From assembly GCA_964016885.1 (NCBI GenBank), contig OZ024764.1:22072001-22136000 (forward strand): 64,000 nt of DNA, given 5' to 3'. The notes below the pieces were generated by a model that did not search any database, had not been told where the DNA came from, and was given only the letters and a program-made list of their open reading frames with translations. A program made the position numbers and the translations under genes. Positions 24,101-39,344 of the stretch are shown one piece after another; position 1 is the first letter of the stretch; every line of letters starts with the position of its first letter. The stretch comes from Eledone cirrhosa (lineage: Eukaryota).

Positions 24101-25448
24101 CAGCCCCTCTCACAGATTTCCATCCTGCCTCCAACGCTTCGACGACCTAATCTTCAAGAGACTCGAGTGTCTGGTCAATGTTAGTAAGTGTTCGTCCCTC
24201 TCTCGCCCCTGCTTCCTTTCCTCCACCCAAGCTTGCAGCATCCTCTCCTCTCCAACATGGACTAGTTCCAACAGGGAGTTGTGTGAAGCTCTCCAGCAAT
24301 GGAGTGAGTTGGGCTTGTCTCTTCCTGAGAAGGTGGAGGACAGTCGAAGTCAGAGAACTTGGGACAGGATACGTTGGAATGCCACCTTCGACTCCCTCTT
24401 TGTCCTCTCAGATCAGTTTACAAGGTGCCGCTTACCATCTGCCAGCGCCAAATACTCCGGTGACTGGGTCGATGCCTTACCCGTGGCCAACGTTGGAGGC
24501 CTACTCAGCCTGGATGAACTTCGTGTCTCCATCACCCTCAGAGTGGGAGCTGACGTCTGCATGGGTTTGAGATGTGGCTAACTCCTCGACTCCACAGGCC
24601 CCCATGGTCTTTCTTGCCGCCTGAATGCCGGCTACTTCGCCCGTCACACGGAGCTAAACTTTATTCTGAAGAGAGCTTTGGCCCGGGCAAACATCCCCTC
24701 AGTCTTGGAACCATCTGGGTTGTCCAGAAGTGACGGCAAAAGACCTGACGGCCTTACCCTGTGCCCCTGTTCGAGAGGCAGGTGCTTAATCTGGGACGTC
24801 ACTGTTAGTGACTCCTTTGCTCTTTCCCACATCCTTGATGCTGCGGTAAGGACGAGAGCCACAGCTTCGGCAGCCGAGCGGAGTAAGACCCTCAAATACT
24901 CTGATCTGTCGGCCAGCTACATTTTTCACTCTGTGGCTTTCGAGACGTTTGGGGGAGTCGGGCCGCTGACTGCGAGGTTCCTTTCCTCACTGGCGGCTCG
25001 CCTTATAGAAGTAACTGGCGAAATCGCGAGGGCGCTTGGCTGTTCCAGCACCTGAGCCTCGCCATCACCCGAGGTAACACTGCCAGTGTGCTCGCTTGCC
25101 TCAAAACTCATTAGAGAGGTTTCCCAGTACCCCTCGTTGCTGTCTTTTGCTCTGGTGTTGGCTCCGTTGTCCACCCCTTCCTTTACATTTTCTTTAATAT
25201 TGCAACATTGAAGGAATTTATCTTTCATTGTATCATCCTTCATAGTGTTACCGAGGCATTTGTAATGTTATTTATATATTTAAAACATATTTCTTATGTT
25301 ATTCTACTGTAAATTTATTTATATGCTCTGTTTATATTTTCATTCTGAAGGAACTTATCCACTTGTGTTGATATAAGTGATGCTATGACATTCCTCTAAG
25401 CATTGTCATTATATATGTTATTATAAACGTGAATAAATTGAATTTATA
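21169..25448 (+). mobile_element. CRE-clade non-LTR retrotransposon (PHD, RT, restriction-like endonuclease), decayed
   Basis: PHD-like CALC..CHLC....H..C..WTCHRC (22357-22620). RT motifs KPNGDLRRIAVG, KLDLRNAFNSVSR, GVQQGDPIG. Endonuclease motifs HGLSCR..RHTELN, KRPDGLT..WDVTV, KTLKY. Many frameshifts. Absent from cassettes 1 and 3; the exact 5' end inside this block is uncertain. Confidence 0.85.
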
Positions 25449-25636
25449 GTGTGATAATAGGCCACACCTCACACCCTAGGGGTTAACTACACACTTTGAG
25501 GCAAGCCAACACACTGGCAGCATTACAACGGGTGATGGTGAGGCTAAGGTGCTGAAATAACCAGGTACCCTCACGGGTATCACCTGACACCTCAGTAAGG
25601 TGAGGCTACGGTGCTGAAATAACCAGGTACCCTCAC
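25449..25636 (-). mobile_element. CRE C-terminal fragment (paralog of 4140-4557)
   Basis: Minus strand reads TEVSGDTREGTWLFQHLSLTITRCNAASVLACLKVCS*. Confidence 0.75.
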
Positions 25637-25996
25637 TGAAATGACTAGATTTGTAGAAAAAGTAGGGTAAAAGTATACAAAGAGATGTAGTTTCACAGAT
25701 CTACTCACACCTCACGTTGGGTGAGAATAATTATTTTTCTTAGAATTCTTGCTATACCCCTTTTCCAGTATTTTTTCTCTGGACCCCTTAGATACTTGCG
25801 ATAGACGTTTTATTCCCCAGTATTAATGTTAGGGTTTCCGTTTTCAGGAAGAAAAGTCGATTGCAAACATCTAAGAGGTCGAGAAATAAAATTAAGGAAA
25901 GATAATTATTTCCCAGCCAACTGGAGAAGTGTGTAGCTCTTCTTAACTCTGATAATCCTGTCTCCCACTTCTTTATCTACAAATCTAGTCATTTCC
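25637..25996. mobile_element. Foldback MITE, copy 2
   Basis: Paralog of 4558-4915. A partial third copy lies at ~37818-38047. Confidence 0.65.
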
Positions 25997-26699
25997 TGCT
26001 ACTTTGTTCCCTGGGGTATGCCTTAGTATTTGACACCATCTATCTGTCTTACTCCCTAACTAGCAAGAAGTCAATCTGTCTCATGTGCTCACCTGGTTGG
26101 TAGGTTATTAGGTGGTTGGTAGGTTTATTATAACTAGGTCTCTGTCATTGTGGTTATCTCTACTTATTCCTTTTCTACATATGGAGCAGAGCCACTTTCC
26201 TGAAGGGGTCAGGGTCTTCTCTCCTATCCATTACCACTTTAGTTTTGGCTAAGTATATTCTCAGAACTTACCATTTCAAATTCTATATCTATAGTTGGTC
26301 ATCTACATAGAGAAGTTTCCATAGACAGCCAGTCTTAAACCTCTCTGTTATGGCTTGGAGAACTATGATGAACAACAGTGGGCTAAGAACTAAACCATGA
26401 TGAACTCATACCTGTACCTTCAGTTCCTCACTAATCACACTTTACTGACAGCTTCTCAAAAGCCATTCTTCTACACCTAATTTCTTTAACCCTTTAGTAT
26501 ATAAAATGGCCATATCTGGCCAGATTTCTCCCACATCTTTCTGTTCAAACTGGCAGTAACTGGTCACTTATACTTATGTTAAGGTATTGTTCTCAAAATA
26601 AATAACATGAACATCTCATAGATTTGATATTATGTGAGATAAAGCATTTACTGTGAAAATATAATAGTAAATATAGAGTAATGTGAATACTAAAGGGTT

Positions 26700-27150
26700 A
26701 ATCTAATGTCACTAATAACTACTTTTATCAGTCAGTTTAATCTAATGTCACTAATAACTACTTTTATCAGTCAGTTTAATCTAATGTCACTAATAACTAC
26801 TTTTATCAGTCAGTTTAATCTAATGTCACTAATAACTACTTTTATCAGTCAGTTTAATCTAATGTCACTAATAACTACTTTTATCAGTCAGTTTAATCTA
26901 ATGTCACTAATAACTACTTTTATCAGTCAGTTTAATCTAATGTCACTAATAACTACTTTTATCAGTCAGTATAATCTAATGTCACTAATAACTACTTTTA
27001 TCAGTCACTTTAATCTAATGTCACTAATAACTACTTTTATCAGTCAGTATAATCTGATGTCACTAGTTACTACTTTTATCAGTCAGTTTAATCTAATCTC
27101 ACTAATAACTACTTTTATCAGTCAGTATAATCTACTGCCACTAATAACTA
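26700..27150. repeat. 39-bp intronic minisatellite, ~11 copies
   Basis: Same unit as 10743-11465. Confidence 0.95.
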
Positions 27151-28095
27151 ACCTATGTTAGTCAGCACATTCTTCACCAAGGAAGGCCTTAGTATTTATT
27201 ACAGTCTATTTATCAATATAGAAATATTATATGAAATTTGTACTGATGTATTACAAGTTTCTGAGTATCTTATAATGTTCTTTTATTATTTCAGAATACC
27301 AGAGGACATTGGCATTAAAGAGCACGTTACATCAGACATATCCTCAACATTAACCATTTCTAATGAAAGACACTACCCATCATTTTCAAATAATTTTGAA
27401 AACACTCAACACTTTGAAGTGATTTAGTAATATAACTAAATTTCTCAGTATTAAGCTGCTATTTTGGAACATAACTTTGCACAATTTCATGAAGTTATAA
27501 TGGAATGTTTTTAGATACATATAAAGACTGATATGAAAAGGATAAAACACTTTTATATCAGTTGTTTCATCAACACCATTATTTAAAGACTAAAGGAAGC
27601 TGTTATACAGAACAGATACAACCTTGTTTATATAAATCTATGGGAGAAATACTGGAAAATATTTCTTGTAAACTCAATAACACTTCTATTCTTTGCTGTC
27701 TGGAATATGTAGAAGATACAAAGTAAAGCTGAAGAAATTCACAAATGATTTTGTAAGATCTTCATATATTGACAAAGATGATAGTAGATGGAACTACAGG
27801 AGTAGAAATATTTCCATTATTACAGGAATAACTAATCAAATAAAAACCAGAAAAATTAGATTCTTCATTGTCTGGAATTTGTACAAGATGGTTTTATATG
27901 TATATTAAACTTGAAAACATCTACAAAACAGTTTGTATCATCTTTAAATATAAAGAAAGACCAAAGTTGATGGAAATATATCTGGAGGAATATGTTGTAG
28001 GAATAATATTATAAACATAAAGAAGAAAAATATCCATATATTAACAGGAGAAAAATATTAAAACTGTGAATTATGTGAGAAACTGAGGTCATTGA

Positions 28096-28728
<633 letters not shown>

Positions 28729-31207
28729 CATCTGTGGTAAATCTTTCTCTCAAGGTGGTAACTTAACCAAGCATGTGCGTATTCATACAGAAGTTTAGCT
28801 GTATCAATATCAAACTCATTACATCATACTACAACAACAACAATTATGTAGATCCATCATCCTTGCTAAAACTGGGGTCAACCTTGTAGGTTTTACCTAG
28901 GACAGGGATCATAAAACCAGGTTTCCATTTTTGAAGCAGTGTTTGAAGATTTTGTGTAAATTAAAGTTTTTCACATTAAACTTTGATTTATTATACTTTA
29001 ACAGGTAAGATACATATTTGTATTTTTAGTAAAGGTTGGGAACTTCTGTAATTTAAACCTGCCAATAAAATGAAAACTTTTGTTGTTGTTAGTCAGACAT
29101 TGATATTAATTCTATTGTCCTGTACATTGTCTCAAATATCACAGATTAAACAGATTTTAACACTATCAACAGAAATCAATAACTTGTAAGCCTAATATCT
29201 AGCTTCCATTTTAACTATTTGATATTGTTATTCCCCTCCTGTCTCTTCAGGTCTTTTAGATTTCAACTTCTATCTACTGTACTATTCCATCACCAAGGCA
29301 ACATTCATCTGGCTGGCAGCTTACATCAACTACAAATCTCATCAGTGGTTCACAACAGGCTGTCTGAAAGAAACTTCCAGATATCTTCTATGTCATAGCT
29401 ATCAATATCCTCCTCCTTATCATATGTACCACTCTCACACTCCCTCTAGATCTTATATTTAAGAGGGAGATCTTTTACTGTCCCTACTCTTTTCTCTAGG
29501 TTGTCTTGTGCCTCTCTCACAGTCCCTATATATCTTATATTTAACAGGGAGATCTTTTACTATCCCTACCCTTTTCTCTAGATTGTCTTGTATCTCTTTC
29601 ACAGTCCCTCTAGATCTTATATTTAACAGGGAGATCTTTTACTCTCCAACCCTTCTACAGATAGTCTTGTATATGTTGAGTGGTACGTCCTTCTCCAGTA
29701 AAGGAGTTAATATTCCCAACCATCTGTCTATCCTGTTTTCTGATGAGAATGAAGTCAATCTAGTTTATCTCTTCACCTGATTGAAGTAACTAGATCAAGT
29801 AACTAGATGGTTTCCTGTAAGTTAGTGTTGCAGTGTTTGTGTCACCATGTAAGGTTTATATCTATTAATATAGAGATGTAGTAAAGTTTTCACTGTTGTA
29901 TCTCTACTTTCTAAATATCTTAATAATGTTTCCCTACTATTTCAGAATATCACATGACCTTGGCAGAAAAGAGTCTTTTAAAGACAACAGAAAGGTGTTA
30001 CATACAAGTGATATAAACCTGTTTAGTCTGTGGTGAATTATGGTGAAATATTTCTTCTGAATTGAGATAGATAACAATATTTTCCTTTTTCACTGTCTGG
30101 AATATTTACAAGATGATTTAACATTCTGATTAAACTTTAGATATTTACAAAGGAGTTTTCAAAATATTTGGATATTGACAAAGATCACATTTGATAAAAT
30201 TATGAACAATAGAAATATTTACATCAACATAGGAATATTTTCCAGAAGAGATGGGAAAATCATTATACCACTGTAATATTTGTGGTAAAGTATTCTCTAT
30301 TCTTTATATGTAGAACATCTAACTAAACACTTTAATTAACAAACTATTGTGCTATAAAATTGACAAACTTGAGCAATGTTTAATAAATGTTACAGATTTC
30401 TCCAAACTGTCGTTTACTAACTTTAATTTGAAGCTATATTATCTATATACTACTAAAACTCTGTAATTGTGTCTTGTCTAATTTAATACAGCCTAAACTG
30501 CATAATGGGGAAATACTTTGAAAGGAATAAAACAATTTTTGTATAAATTGGAGCACATGTTCCCAAGATACAAGGTTTTCTGGGTACCTTGATATATATA
30601 GGGAGAGAAAGAGATAGTGGTTGTGAGAGTGAGGAGACAGATGGAAGAGAGAGAGAGAGCTGGTGGTGTTGTTTAATAAAATGTGTGTGTGTGTATATAT
30701 ATGTACGTATGTGTATATTTTAACTATTTAAAAATCATTTTTAAATGACTTTTAAAAAATAGTTTTAAGGGAACGTGACCCAACAGGTCCCGGGTGGTCT
30801 AGTTTGTTACTAAATACTAGATATTAGAGGGTCATGTTGTTCTAGATGTGCTGGAAGAGCCATTCCATCTTGTGAGGTTCACACCAGCAGCTAGCCACCT
30901 CAGCACCTATGGTGGTATATTTATTATATTATTTATTCTTTATCATTAACATTAATTTAAAAGATAATTATATATTTTTAGAGAAGAACCTCTAATTTCA
31001 TATAGCTTAGGGCTTCAGTAGGTAAAAGTCTGGCCCTGCTTGTCTTGTATTTTTTAGGGGAGAAGTTAGGGAATACTGTTATTGTGTGAAAGTTTTCTAA
31101 ATCTTCTTCAACCACTAACATGGAGAAGATATTTCAGTAAGAAGGTTCACATCCTGACATCTATAGCTGTTAACAATGAGATTGGAATTCATTATTAAAC
31201 AAATGTT

Positions 31208-31980
31208 ATATCATCATCACTGTTTTACATCAGTTTTTTCACGCTGGCATGGGTTAGACGATTTATCCTGTTGTAAGCATTGCCAAGTCAGGTGACCACG
31301 TGTTGCTCCTACAGAACAAATTTTGGATTGGTTTCTACAGCTGGATGCCCTTCCTAGCACCAACCTTATTTACATTGAGTACTGGGTGCATTTTACCATC
31401 TCACCATCACGACCACTTTACAGTGTGGGCTGGGTGCTTTTTGTTGTGACACCTATATGACCACTTTACAGTGTGGGCTGGGTGCTTTTTGTTGTGACAC
31501 CTACATGACCACTTTAAAGTTTTGACTGGGTGCTTTTTGTCGTGACACCTACATGACCACTTTATAGTGTGGACTGGGTACTTTTTGTTGTGACACCAAC
31601 ATGACCACTTTAAAGTTTTGGCTGGATACTTTTTGTTGTCACCTACATGACCACTTTACAGTGTGGGCTGGGTGCTTTTTGCCGTGACACCTACGCAACC
31701 GCTTTACAGTGTGGGCTGGTTTCTTTTTGTCATATCACCTACATGACCACCTGATAATGTTTACTGTGTGTTCTTTGCAGTCTAGGCTGGTTTCTTTTTG
31801 TCATATCACCTCCATGACCACCTTATAATGTTTACTGTGTGTTCTTTGCAGTGTGGGCTGGTTTCTTTTTGTCATATCACCTACATGAGCACCTTATAAT
31901 GTTGACTGTGTGTTCTTTACAGTGTGGGTTGGGTGCTTTTTGTCATATCACCTACCCAACCACTTTGCAGTGTGGGCAGT
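31208..31980 (-). mobile_element. Bipartite RTE-derived SINE-like element with expanded repeats
   Basis: Paralog of 15968-16490. A partial third copy lies at ~47635-48075. Confidence 0.6.
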
Positions 31981-32039
31981 GAAAGATCAGTAATGCACCA
32001 GCTCCAATATTCAGTAATCAGAAGAAGGGAGGTAGGCAT

Positions 32040-32525
32040 AAAAGCCAAACTTGCTGTCTTCAATTAGGTTTTTGTGCCAACCCTTACCTATGGTCACATA
32101 TCTTGGGTAATGACCAAAAGAATATGATTGGGAATACAAATGGCAGATATGGGATTCCTCTGAAGGGTCTTTGAAGGAACGTTTCTCAATAAAGTGCATA
32201 GCTCTGAGATCAGAGAGTCACTGCAGGTGGAGCTGTTACTTCTCCGAATTGAGAGATCATAGCTGCAATACTATGGCCATGTGGTTAGAATGTCTGAGGA
32301 AAGAATCACTGGATAGATTTTACAGGCTAAACTAACCGGCAGGAGACCCAGGGGTAGACCTGAGCAAGATGGTGACATAACATCCATGAGCTTGGCGGGT
32401 CTCTCTGGGAGATCCAGCCAGATCAGTTGGAGTGGGTTGCTTCTGACAGGACCTGTTGAAGGGAGTGTTTGAGGACTCTGCCCCCAAGACACTCTCTGGA
32501 ATGACTGGATTAATAAGAAGAGGTT
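32040..32525 (+). mobile_element. RTE-like LINE 3' fragment
   Basis: Reads FVPTLTYGHISWVMT, LQYYGHVVRMSEER and TGRRPRGRP. Copy at ~48135-48620. Confidence 0.65.
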
Positions 32526-32811
32526 GAGGTTACATAATCAACATCAGATTTCCCTGCTAGCAAGGGTTTAATGAGTCTACTTCAACCAAGTAAGTACTGA
32601 AGTGAGGCTACTGATCTCCCAGACAGACCAAGGATCTGAGACTTATTACATAAGGTCTCATTTGCTACTGAGTGCACAGAAAAGGTTGTCATGTCTTTGT
32701 CATGATTGAAGGGTTCTCCAACCCTATTGTCAGGCAAGCTTTCTATGGCTAGATGTCCTTCACATGACCAACCACATTACAGCCTGTGTTGGGTCTGTTT
32801 ATCATGTAGGT

Positions 32812-34857
32812 GACGCATAACAAACTGAGGGTTCCCCAAGGGCCAGATAGGTCACATGTGTTGTCTGAGGGTTGCACACTATAACTACTTATGTTCACGA
32901 CAACTAATTAAAGTCATTTAATAAAATTTAATATAGAAAGATTTGTTACTTAAATTTAGAAACATACAATGTACATACAAATGTTTTAGCAGCATTCATG
33001 AATACAAAGTAATGAAGTAGTTTGATAAAAAACTAAAATTTAACATGTCAACATATACTTGCAGATTGTAACAGCAACAAATACATTGTACACAAATAAC
33101 AACAGTTGAAAACTGAACATTTATTTGCTACTATTCAACCATTTTTAGTGTTTTGTCCTGAGGCTTGACACTTCTTTCTGTTGACTATTTTTGGTATATC
33201 TGGCTGAAATGTCTGTACAGTTCCAACTTTAATCAGAAATGACAAGTGTTGATCTGTCAGCCTTGTTCTCTGAGAAGTTTTTGTTAAGCTAAGTACAGAC
33301 TCAGTATGGGCAGTGATTTTCAGCTCTTTGCACATAAGAAAATGAATTAAATTTTCATCTGACAACGGAGACTTCCATAAGCTAAGTTTTCTAATGAAGA
33401 ACTTGATGTCATCATACAACTGAGTGATGGGTTTGTCTTTACCTTGTAATTTCAAATTAAGGTCAGTTAATTGTGCAGTAATATCCACAAAAGAATCCAG
33501 ATGTTGGAGCCAACTTTCATCTTTTATTTCACCTGTGTTTTGACCTTTCATCTCCAAAAACATAATTATTTCAACAAATAGAATCTTTTCAGCAGTTTGT
33601 GACATGTCAACCAGCAGACTTCTGTGTAGAATGGAACATCGGTCAACTGATTATCCACATCTTCCAACAACTGGCTGAACTAACGGTGTATGAGAGCACG
33701 GCCTTTGATTTAGTTCACTGTCTTTGTGACCAAGCTAAGCACATGATGCAATTTTAAAATCTTTGAACATAAATTTTGCTGATGAATAATAGTGAAAATG
33801 TGCAAATGATGAATCTAGATATGAGTTTTCTATTTTTGTTTGTAACTTGGCAGCAACACCATTATGTCTACCAACCATATTTGCAGCACTGTCAGTAGAT
33901 AAACATGCAAGTTTACTCAGATCAAAACCATGCAGACACTGTTTGACCTTCTCAAAGATGTCCTGGCTTGTTATAGTGTCATGCATGGGGACCAGTTCAA
34001 TCAGTTCTTCATAAATATTAAATTCACTGTCACAGGCCCTGATGAAGAATGCAAGCTGTACTATTCCAGTGATGTCAAGAGTCTCATCAATAGCAATAGA
34101 AACATGTTCAAACCTTGATGATACAGCCTTTAACTGTTGTTTCAGATCACCTGACATTTCATTAATCTGTTCAGCAACAGTGTTCCTGTTTAATGAAATG
34201 TCTTTGAATAACTCTGCTTTCTCAGGACAATTTCAGCTGTTTTTACAAGACATTGCTTTACAAAATCTCCTTCACTGTAAGATTTCCCACTCATGGCAAT
34301 CATTTGACTGAGTTCATAGCTTGCAGTAACGGAAGTGACATCCTCTTCGTGAATTAACATAAAACAGGTCTGTTGCTGTGTCAAGTTAACCTTCAATTCC
34401 TTGAGTCTTGAAACACACATTGGGCCTTCATATTTATCGTAAGATCGAGGGTTTGTTTCATAATGTCTTTTTAAATTGTACTCTTTTGGCGTGGAGATGT
34501 AGTTGTTGCAAATTAAACAGTGTATCTTTCTGTTCACCATTGGGCAAAAATACTGTAATTTCCACTTTTCTTGAAACACTTGCCCTTCTTCGTTCACTTT
34601 CCTTTTTCTCTTAGCTGGAGGAGCACTAACCATTTCAAAAACGAAATCTTTTGAAATTTTGAAAGAAAGTTTTCTGTTAATGAGCTGCACGTGATTAATG
34701 GAAGTTAAAAGTAGTTGACAAAAATTGCACCAAAAAAAATAATTGTATCGAAAATGTTTTAAATTTTATATTACGAAAATGAAACATGCTCGCACTGTAA
34801 AAACCTTTGTGTGGGCCGCAGGTTTGCTTGCAAAGGGCCGCATGTTTGATGTGTCTG
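32812..34857 (-). mobile_element. hAT (SPIN/GTF2IRD2-like) transposon with both ends, internally deleted
   Basis: 8-bp TSD ATGTAGGT at 32804-32811 and 34858-34865, degenerate TIRs, and transposase ORFs including SIAIDETLDITGIVQLAFFIR and RTRLTDQHL. Confidence 0.88.
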
Positions 34858-37050
34858 ATGTAGGTTACCAACACTAGGGAGGGCAGCATGTCCTTCAGTG
34901 TGTTCTGCTACATTAACTACCAGGAGGTCACCACATGAGACAAAGAATACATTTCAAAGAAGGGTCATAAAAGAACTAAATACGAAAGTACCCACAATTC
35001 AGCAAAAAGCAAATAATTGTGCTTTGGGTCTAGGTTAAGGGGGCAGAAGTGCTGCGCCCTGTGGATAAGACTGCAAAAGTATTTGCTCCGGACGATGGAC
35101 AGTTACAGCCACCCCAACCTCATGGGACTCCCTCTTCAGAAGGGCCACCAACCTACTGATCTTACAGAGAGGCTTCGCAGTACGAGGTCTAAGTACTTCT
35201 GAGGTCTTGATGGTGACCGGTGTGAAGAGACCTACCTACAATTGATGTCATCCCAGTTATGTAGGACTGTAATATACTTGGGTTTAGAGAGGCCTTAACC
35301 TGTCTTAGCCGAGCCACCCAGGGTTGTGTCATCTAGGTACCAGACAGCTGTAACTAGACCATGTTGTCAACTGTCACCACCAATAGGAGTGAGGCGAGTG
35401 GGTCCCCTTGCTAGACACCATATATAAAAACGTATTTGCTAATTACTTTAATGAATAAATGTTTCATACGTAATTATTACTTTTAACACAATAGGATTTT
35501 GTACACGTGTTTGTTTGAAAACATCTTTCAAAGAAGTATGAGACAGTCTTTTGCAGTCTTCTGGAGTTGCGACCAATAGATAGTATTAGCTATTGGAAAG
35601 ACCAATGGAAACATTGTTTCCTCGGTCCGATTTGACTAAAAGTCGATCGTAAAAAAAATATATATATTTATATATATAGAGAGAGATAGAGAAACACACA
35701 AACGTACACTACTGTAAAACATATGTAAGGGGAGACAACTCTTGTTACATCCCCCCTTCTTTTTGATATACGTGCTTTATATGTTTTGTACAATGGAACC
35801 TGCTTTATTTTGTGTCCTAAGTAGATTTCTGTTTAAGTATTTACGAGATTCACAATGATTCACGTAACGAAGTTACTTACATAGAGATATATTTCTCATA
35901 GAATTACAACAAATGAAAATATTAAGTCAACACTCTGTCAATCAGTCTCACATCATATGGGGTGCCGGAGTCTCCCTCTAATACTTTCTGAGACAGTCTT
36001 ACCTCGAGTGATAGCAAGGCTAAGATGCTGGAACTACCAAACACCCTCATATGTATCACCTGACACCTCGGTAAGGAGAGCTGCCAACGATAACAAGAAC
36101 CTCGTTGTCAGGGACCTATCTCCTCCAAACTTCTCCAACACCACAGACTAGAATATTCTACTCTTTATTCCCTATCAAATATATTTCAGTCTAGTCATTT
36201 ATCTTGTATGTTGTATATGTATTTTCAAAACTAACTGTCACATTTGTGAGACCCCAGTTAGTGATGTTTTTGTCTCCCTCCCACATCCTACATGCTGTAG
36301 TAAAAGTGAGGGTCACTGCTTCTGTAGACGAACGAAATAAAAGTTAAACTACCAGTAATTATCGGCAAAGTATTTATTCCAGTCTGTGATGTTTGAGAAG
36401 CTGGGCTGCTGACAACGAAGTTGTTGTCACTGTTGGCGGCTGGCTTTACCGAAGTACCCGATGACTCTTGTGAGGGTACTTAGCTGTTTGGGTGGTTTAG
36501 CCTCCACATGACATGATTTTACCGAGATACCCGGTGATCTCTGTCAGGGTACTTAGCTGTTCTGGCAACTTAACCTCCATATGACCCGATCTTACCGAGA
36601 TACCCGGTGATCTCTGTCAGGGTACTTAGCTGTTCTGGCAACTTAGCCTCCATATGACCCGATCTTACCGAGATACCCGGTGATTTCTGTCAGGGTACTC
36701 GATTGATCCAGCACCCTACTATATCTACCAACAGGTTATATCGAGGTATCAAGTGATACTCTTTTCAAGTCAAGACCTCCTCTGCTGTCCTCTGTCTTCC
36801 CACTGCCCTGTATTTCTACAGAGTCACGAAAGTGGACACCACCTGAAGGAGAGAGTGGTTGGTGTAGTGGTCATCGCTGGCTATTGTTCGAGTGACACAG
36901 GTAAAATACACTACCTAGACTGAGGTGAAATGTCTACCGTCCATTCCTCACCACCAACACCTTACTTTCTCTATTTTAATTACATTTACTGATTTCAACT
37001 TTCATTTTTCTATTACAAACTTTACATAATTTAATTCGGTAAAAATATTT

Positions 37051-37194
37051 TACGTCACAAAAAAACTTGACCTTTGACATTGAAGCATGCGCAGTGGTGC
37101 AGTTGTCGACTTCCTGTCCACGTGTTAGTCTTCCTACAACATCATTTAGACAACATTTCTGTAAATACTAAATACCTGAGACTATAATGTAAGT
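37051..37194 (+). promoter_or_regulatory. Putative promoter/exon 1 of ZNF gene 3
   Basis: Same motif cluster. Donor at 37189, acceptor at 43725. Confidence 0.5.
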
Positions 37195-38554
37195 ATTATG
37201 TCTATTAATATTGTAGATTTAAGCTCACTTTTCACATCACAAATATATATTTTCTTGTTTGTTTCATTACTGGAAATATAAAATGTTATCGTAATTATCT
37301 ATATTTTACCTACCTCTAATTAATTAAAGTGAAAACTTTTGTTGTTGCTGAAAAATAAATTAACAAAACTAAATATTTAAATATTCTAAAGGTCGTTTTT
37401 ATATTATGTGATGATATAATTAATATATTTTATTACAATTGTATAAATTTACAGTAGAATAACGTTGTAAATATGTTTTAAATATATACATAAATAACAT
37501 AAGTGTGTAAATAACATTATAAATTGCTGGCAATTCCTTGAGAAAGACATTACAAATATATTGTCTAAACTGTGTATAATAATATAATTTATTGAGCAAT
37601 AATGATAAAGGAAAGAAAAACACAGTGGGAGATGGCAATTGACCACCAAGTGTGATAATAGGCTACACCTCACACCTTAGGGGTTAACTACACACTTTGA
37701 GGCAAGCCAACACACTGGCAGCATTACTAAGGTGTTGAAATAACCAGGTACCCCCACGGTATCACCTGACACCTCAGTAAGGTGAGGCTAAGGTGCTGAA
37801 ATAACCAGGTACCCTCACGAGTATTTTCTCTGGACCCCTTAGATACTTGCAATAGACGTTTTATTCCCCAGTATTAGGGTTAGGGTTTCCGTTTTCAGGA
37901 AGAAAAATCGATTGCAATCATCTAAGAGGTCTAGAGATAAAATTAAGGAAAAATAATTATTTCCCAGCCAACTGGAGAAGTGTGTAGCTCTTCTAAACTC
38001 TGATAATCCTGTCTCCCACTTCTTTATCTACAAATCTAGTCGTTTCCTGCTACTTTGAAGGCCCTATTTATTGATAACACCACTTGTAAATCTTTGTCAA
38101 CTTTTCATACGTAAATTGTAAATCAGTTATTTTTAAACAAACTATCAAAGAAGTGATCTCACAGTAATTGTGTTTGATTTAATCAACTCATTCCCCCCAA
38201 ACATTGTCGACCTTGTGTCTAAATCAGAAACTATTATTAGATCTTAAATCAACCCCGTAAAGATGAAGGGCAAAGCTAACTTCGGCGGGATTTCAACCCT
38301 TTATGTTATGAGTTCAAATACCACCAAAGTTAACTTTGTCTTTCATTCTAACGGGATGGATAAATTAAAGTTCCAGTAATCTACTGGGGTCTGAGATATT
38401 AACGTTTGAGTAGATTCTATCTGTTGTGTGTTTGTATTTATAATCTTACTAGAACACCTGTGACCTGATGGGTCACGTTCCCTTTAAAAATAATATTTAA
38501 ATAATTAAAATATACACAGACATGTATATAATGTAAAATGAAATTAGTAGGCCC

Positions 38555-38606
<52 letters not shown>

Positions 38607-38786
38607 GCTAGAGTCAGCAGCAACACACAACCATGTGTTGCTACACACACACAAGAGGAAAGAGAAAATTTAAAATTTATGAGACCAATAGAGATATGTA
38701 CATTTATATATTTATATCTAGATATTGCTATTATCATTTACAGTCCCTCTGTGTTTAATGTATGTTCATTAGTATATGTGTTGTCA

Positions 38787-39090
38787 TTTCTGCTTGCATT
38801 TTGCATATATACATATATATATCTATATGTATGCTTGCGTGGACCCCTCTCAAAAATTCGTTGGATTTTCTAATTGGATACCCCGACAATGGATACCAAT
38901 CACTGAATACACCTGAACTTCTACCAGGAAATCTTTCGTTGTTATTTCTGCTTGCATTTTATATGTATACATATATATATATCAATGCTTGCGTGGACCC
39001 CTCTTAAAGATTCGTTGGATTTTCTAATTGGATACCCCGAAACTGGATACCAATCACTGAATACACCTGAACTTCTACCAGGAAATCTTT
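38787..39090. repeat. ~155-bp tandem duplication
   Basis: TTTCTGCTTGCATTTT...CTACCAGGAAATCTTT occurs twice. Confidence 0.8.
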
Positions 39091-39344
39091 CATATCAGTG
39101 AAAATTTTCTTTTCTTTGCTTCATATATATATATTATATATACTTGTCCGCCATTGCAAAAGGCCATAAATTCAAAATTTTGAAGAGAGAGGAAAAGAGA
39201 GAAGTAATCTATGAACTTGTACATCTCACTGACCCCCCTCCCCCGTCAACACAATAACAATCACGCCTACACTCGCTCCCCACCATCACCACATTACTCT
39301 CAGGTCGCTGTCCTGTCCCCTGTTGACATACTGCTGACTCTCTT

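Noticed and set aside
33135-34690. Domesticated GTF2IRD2-like host gene
   Set aside because: Frameshifts, an internal deletion, TIR remnants and an 8-bp TSD show it is a dead hAT transposon.
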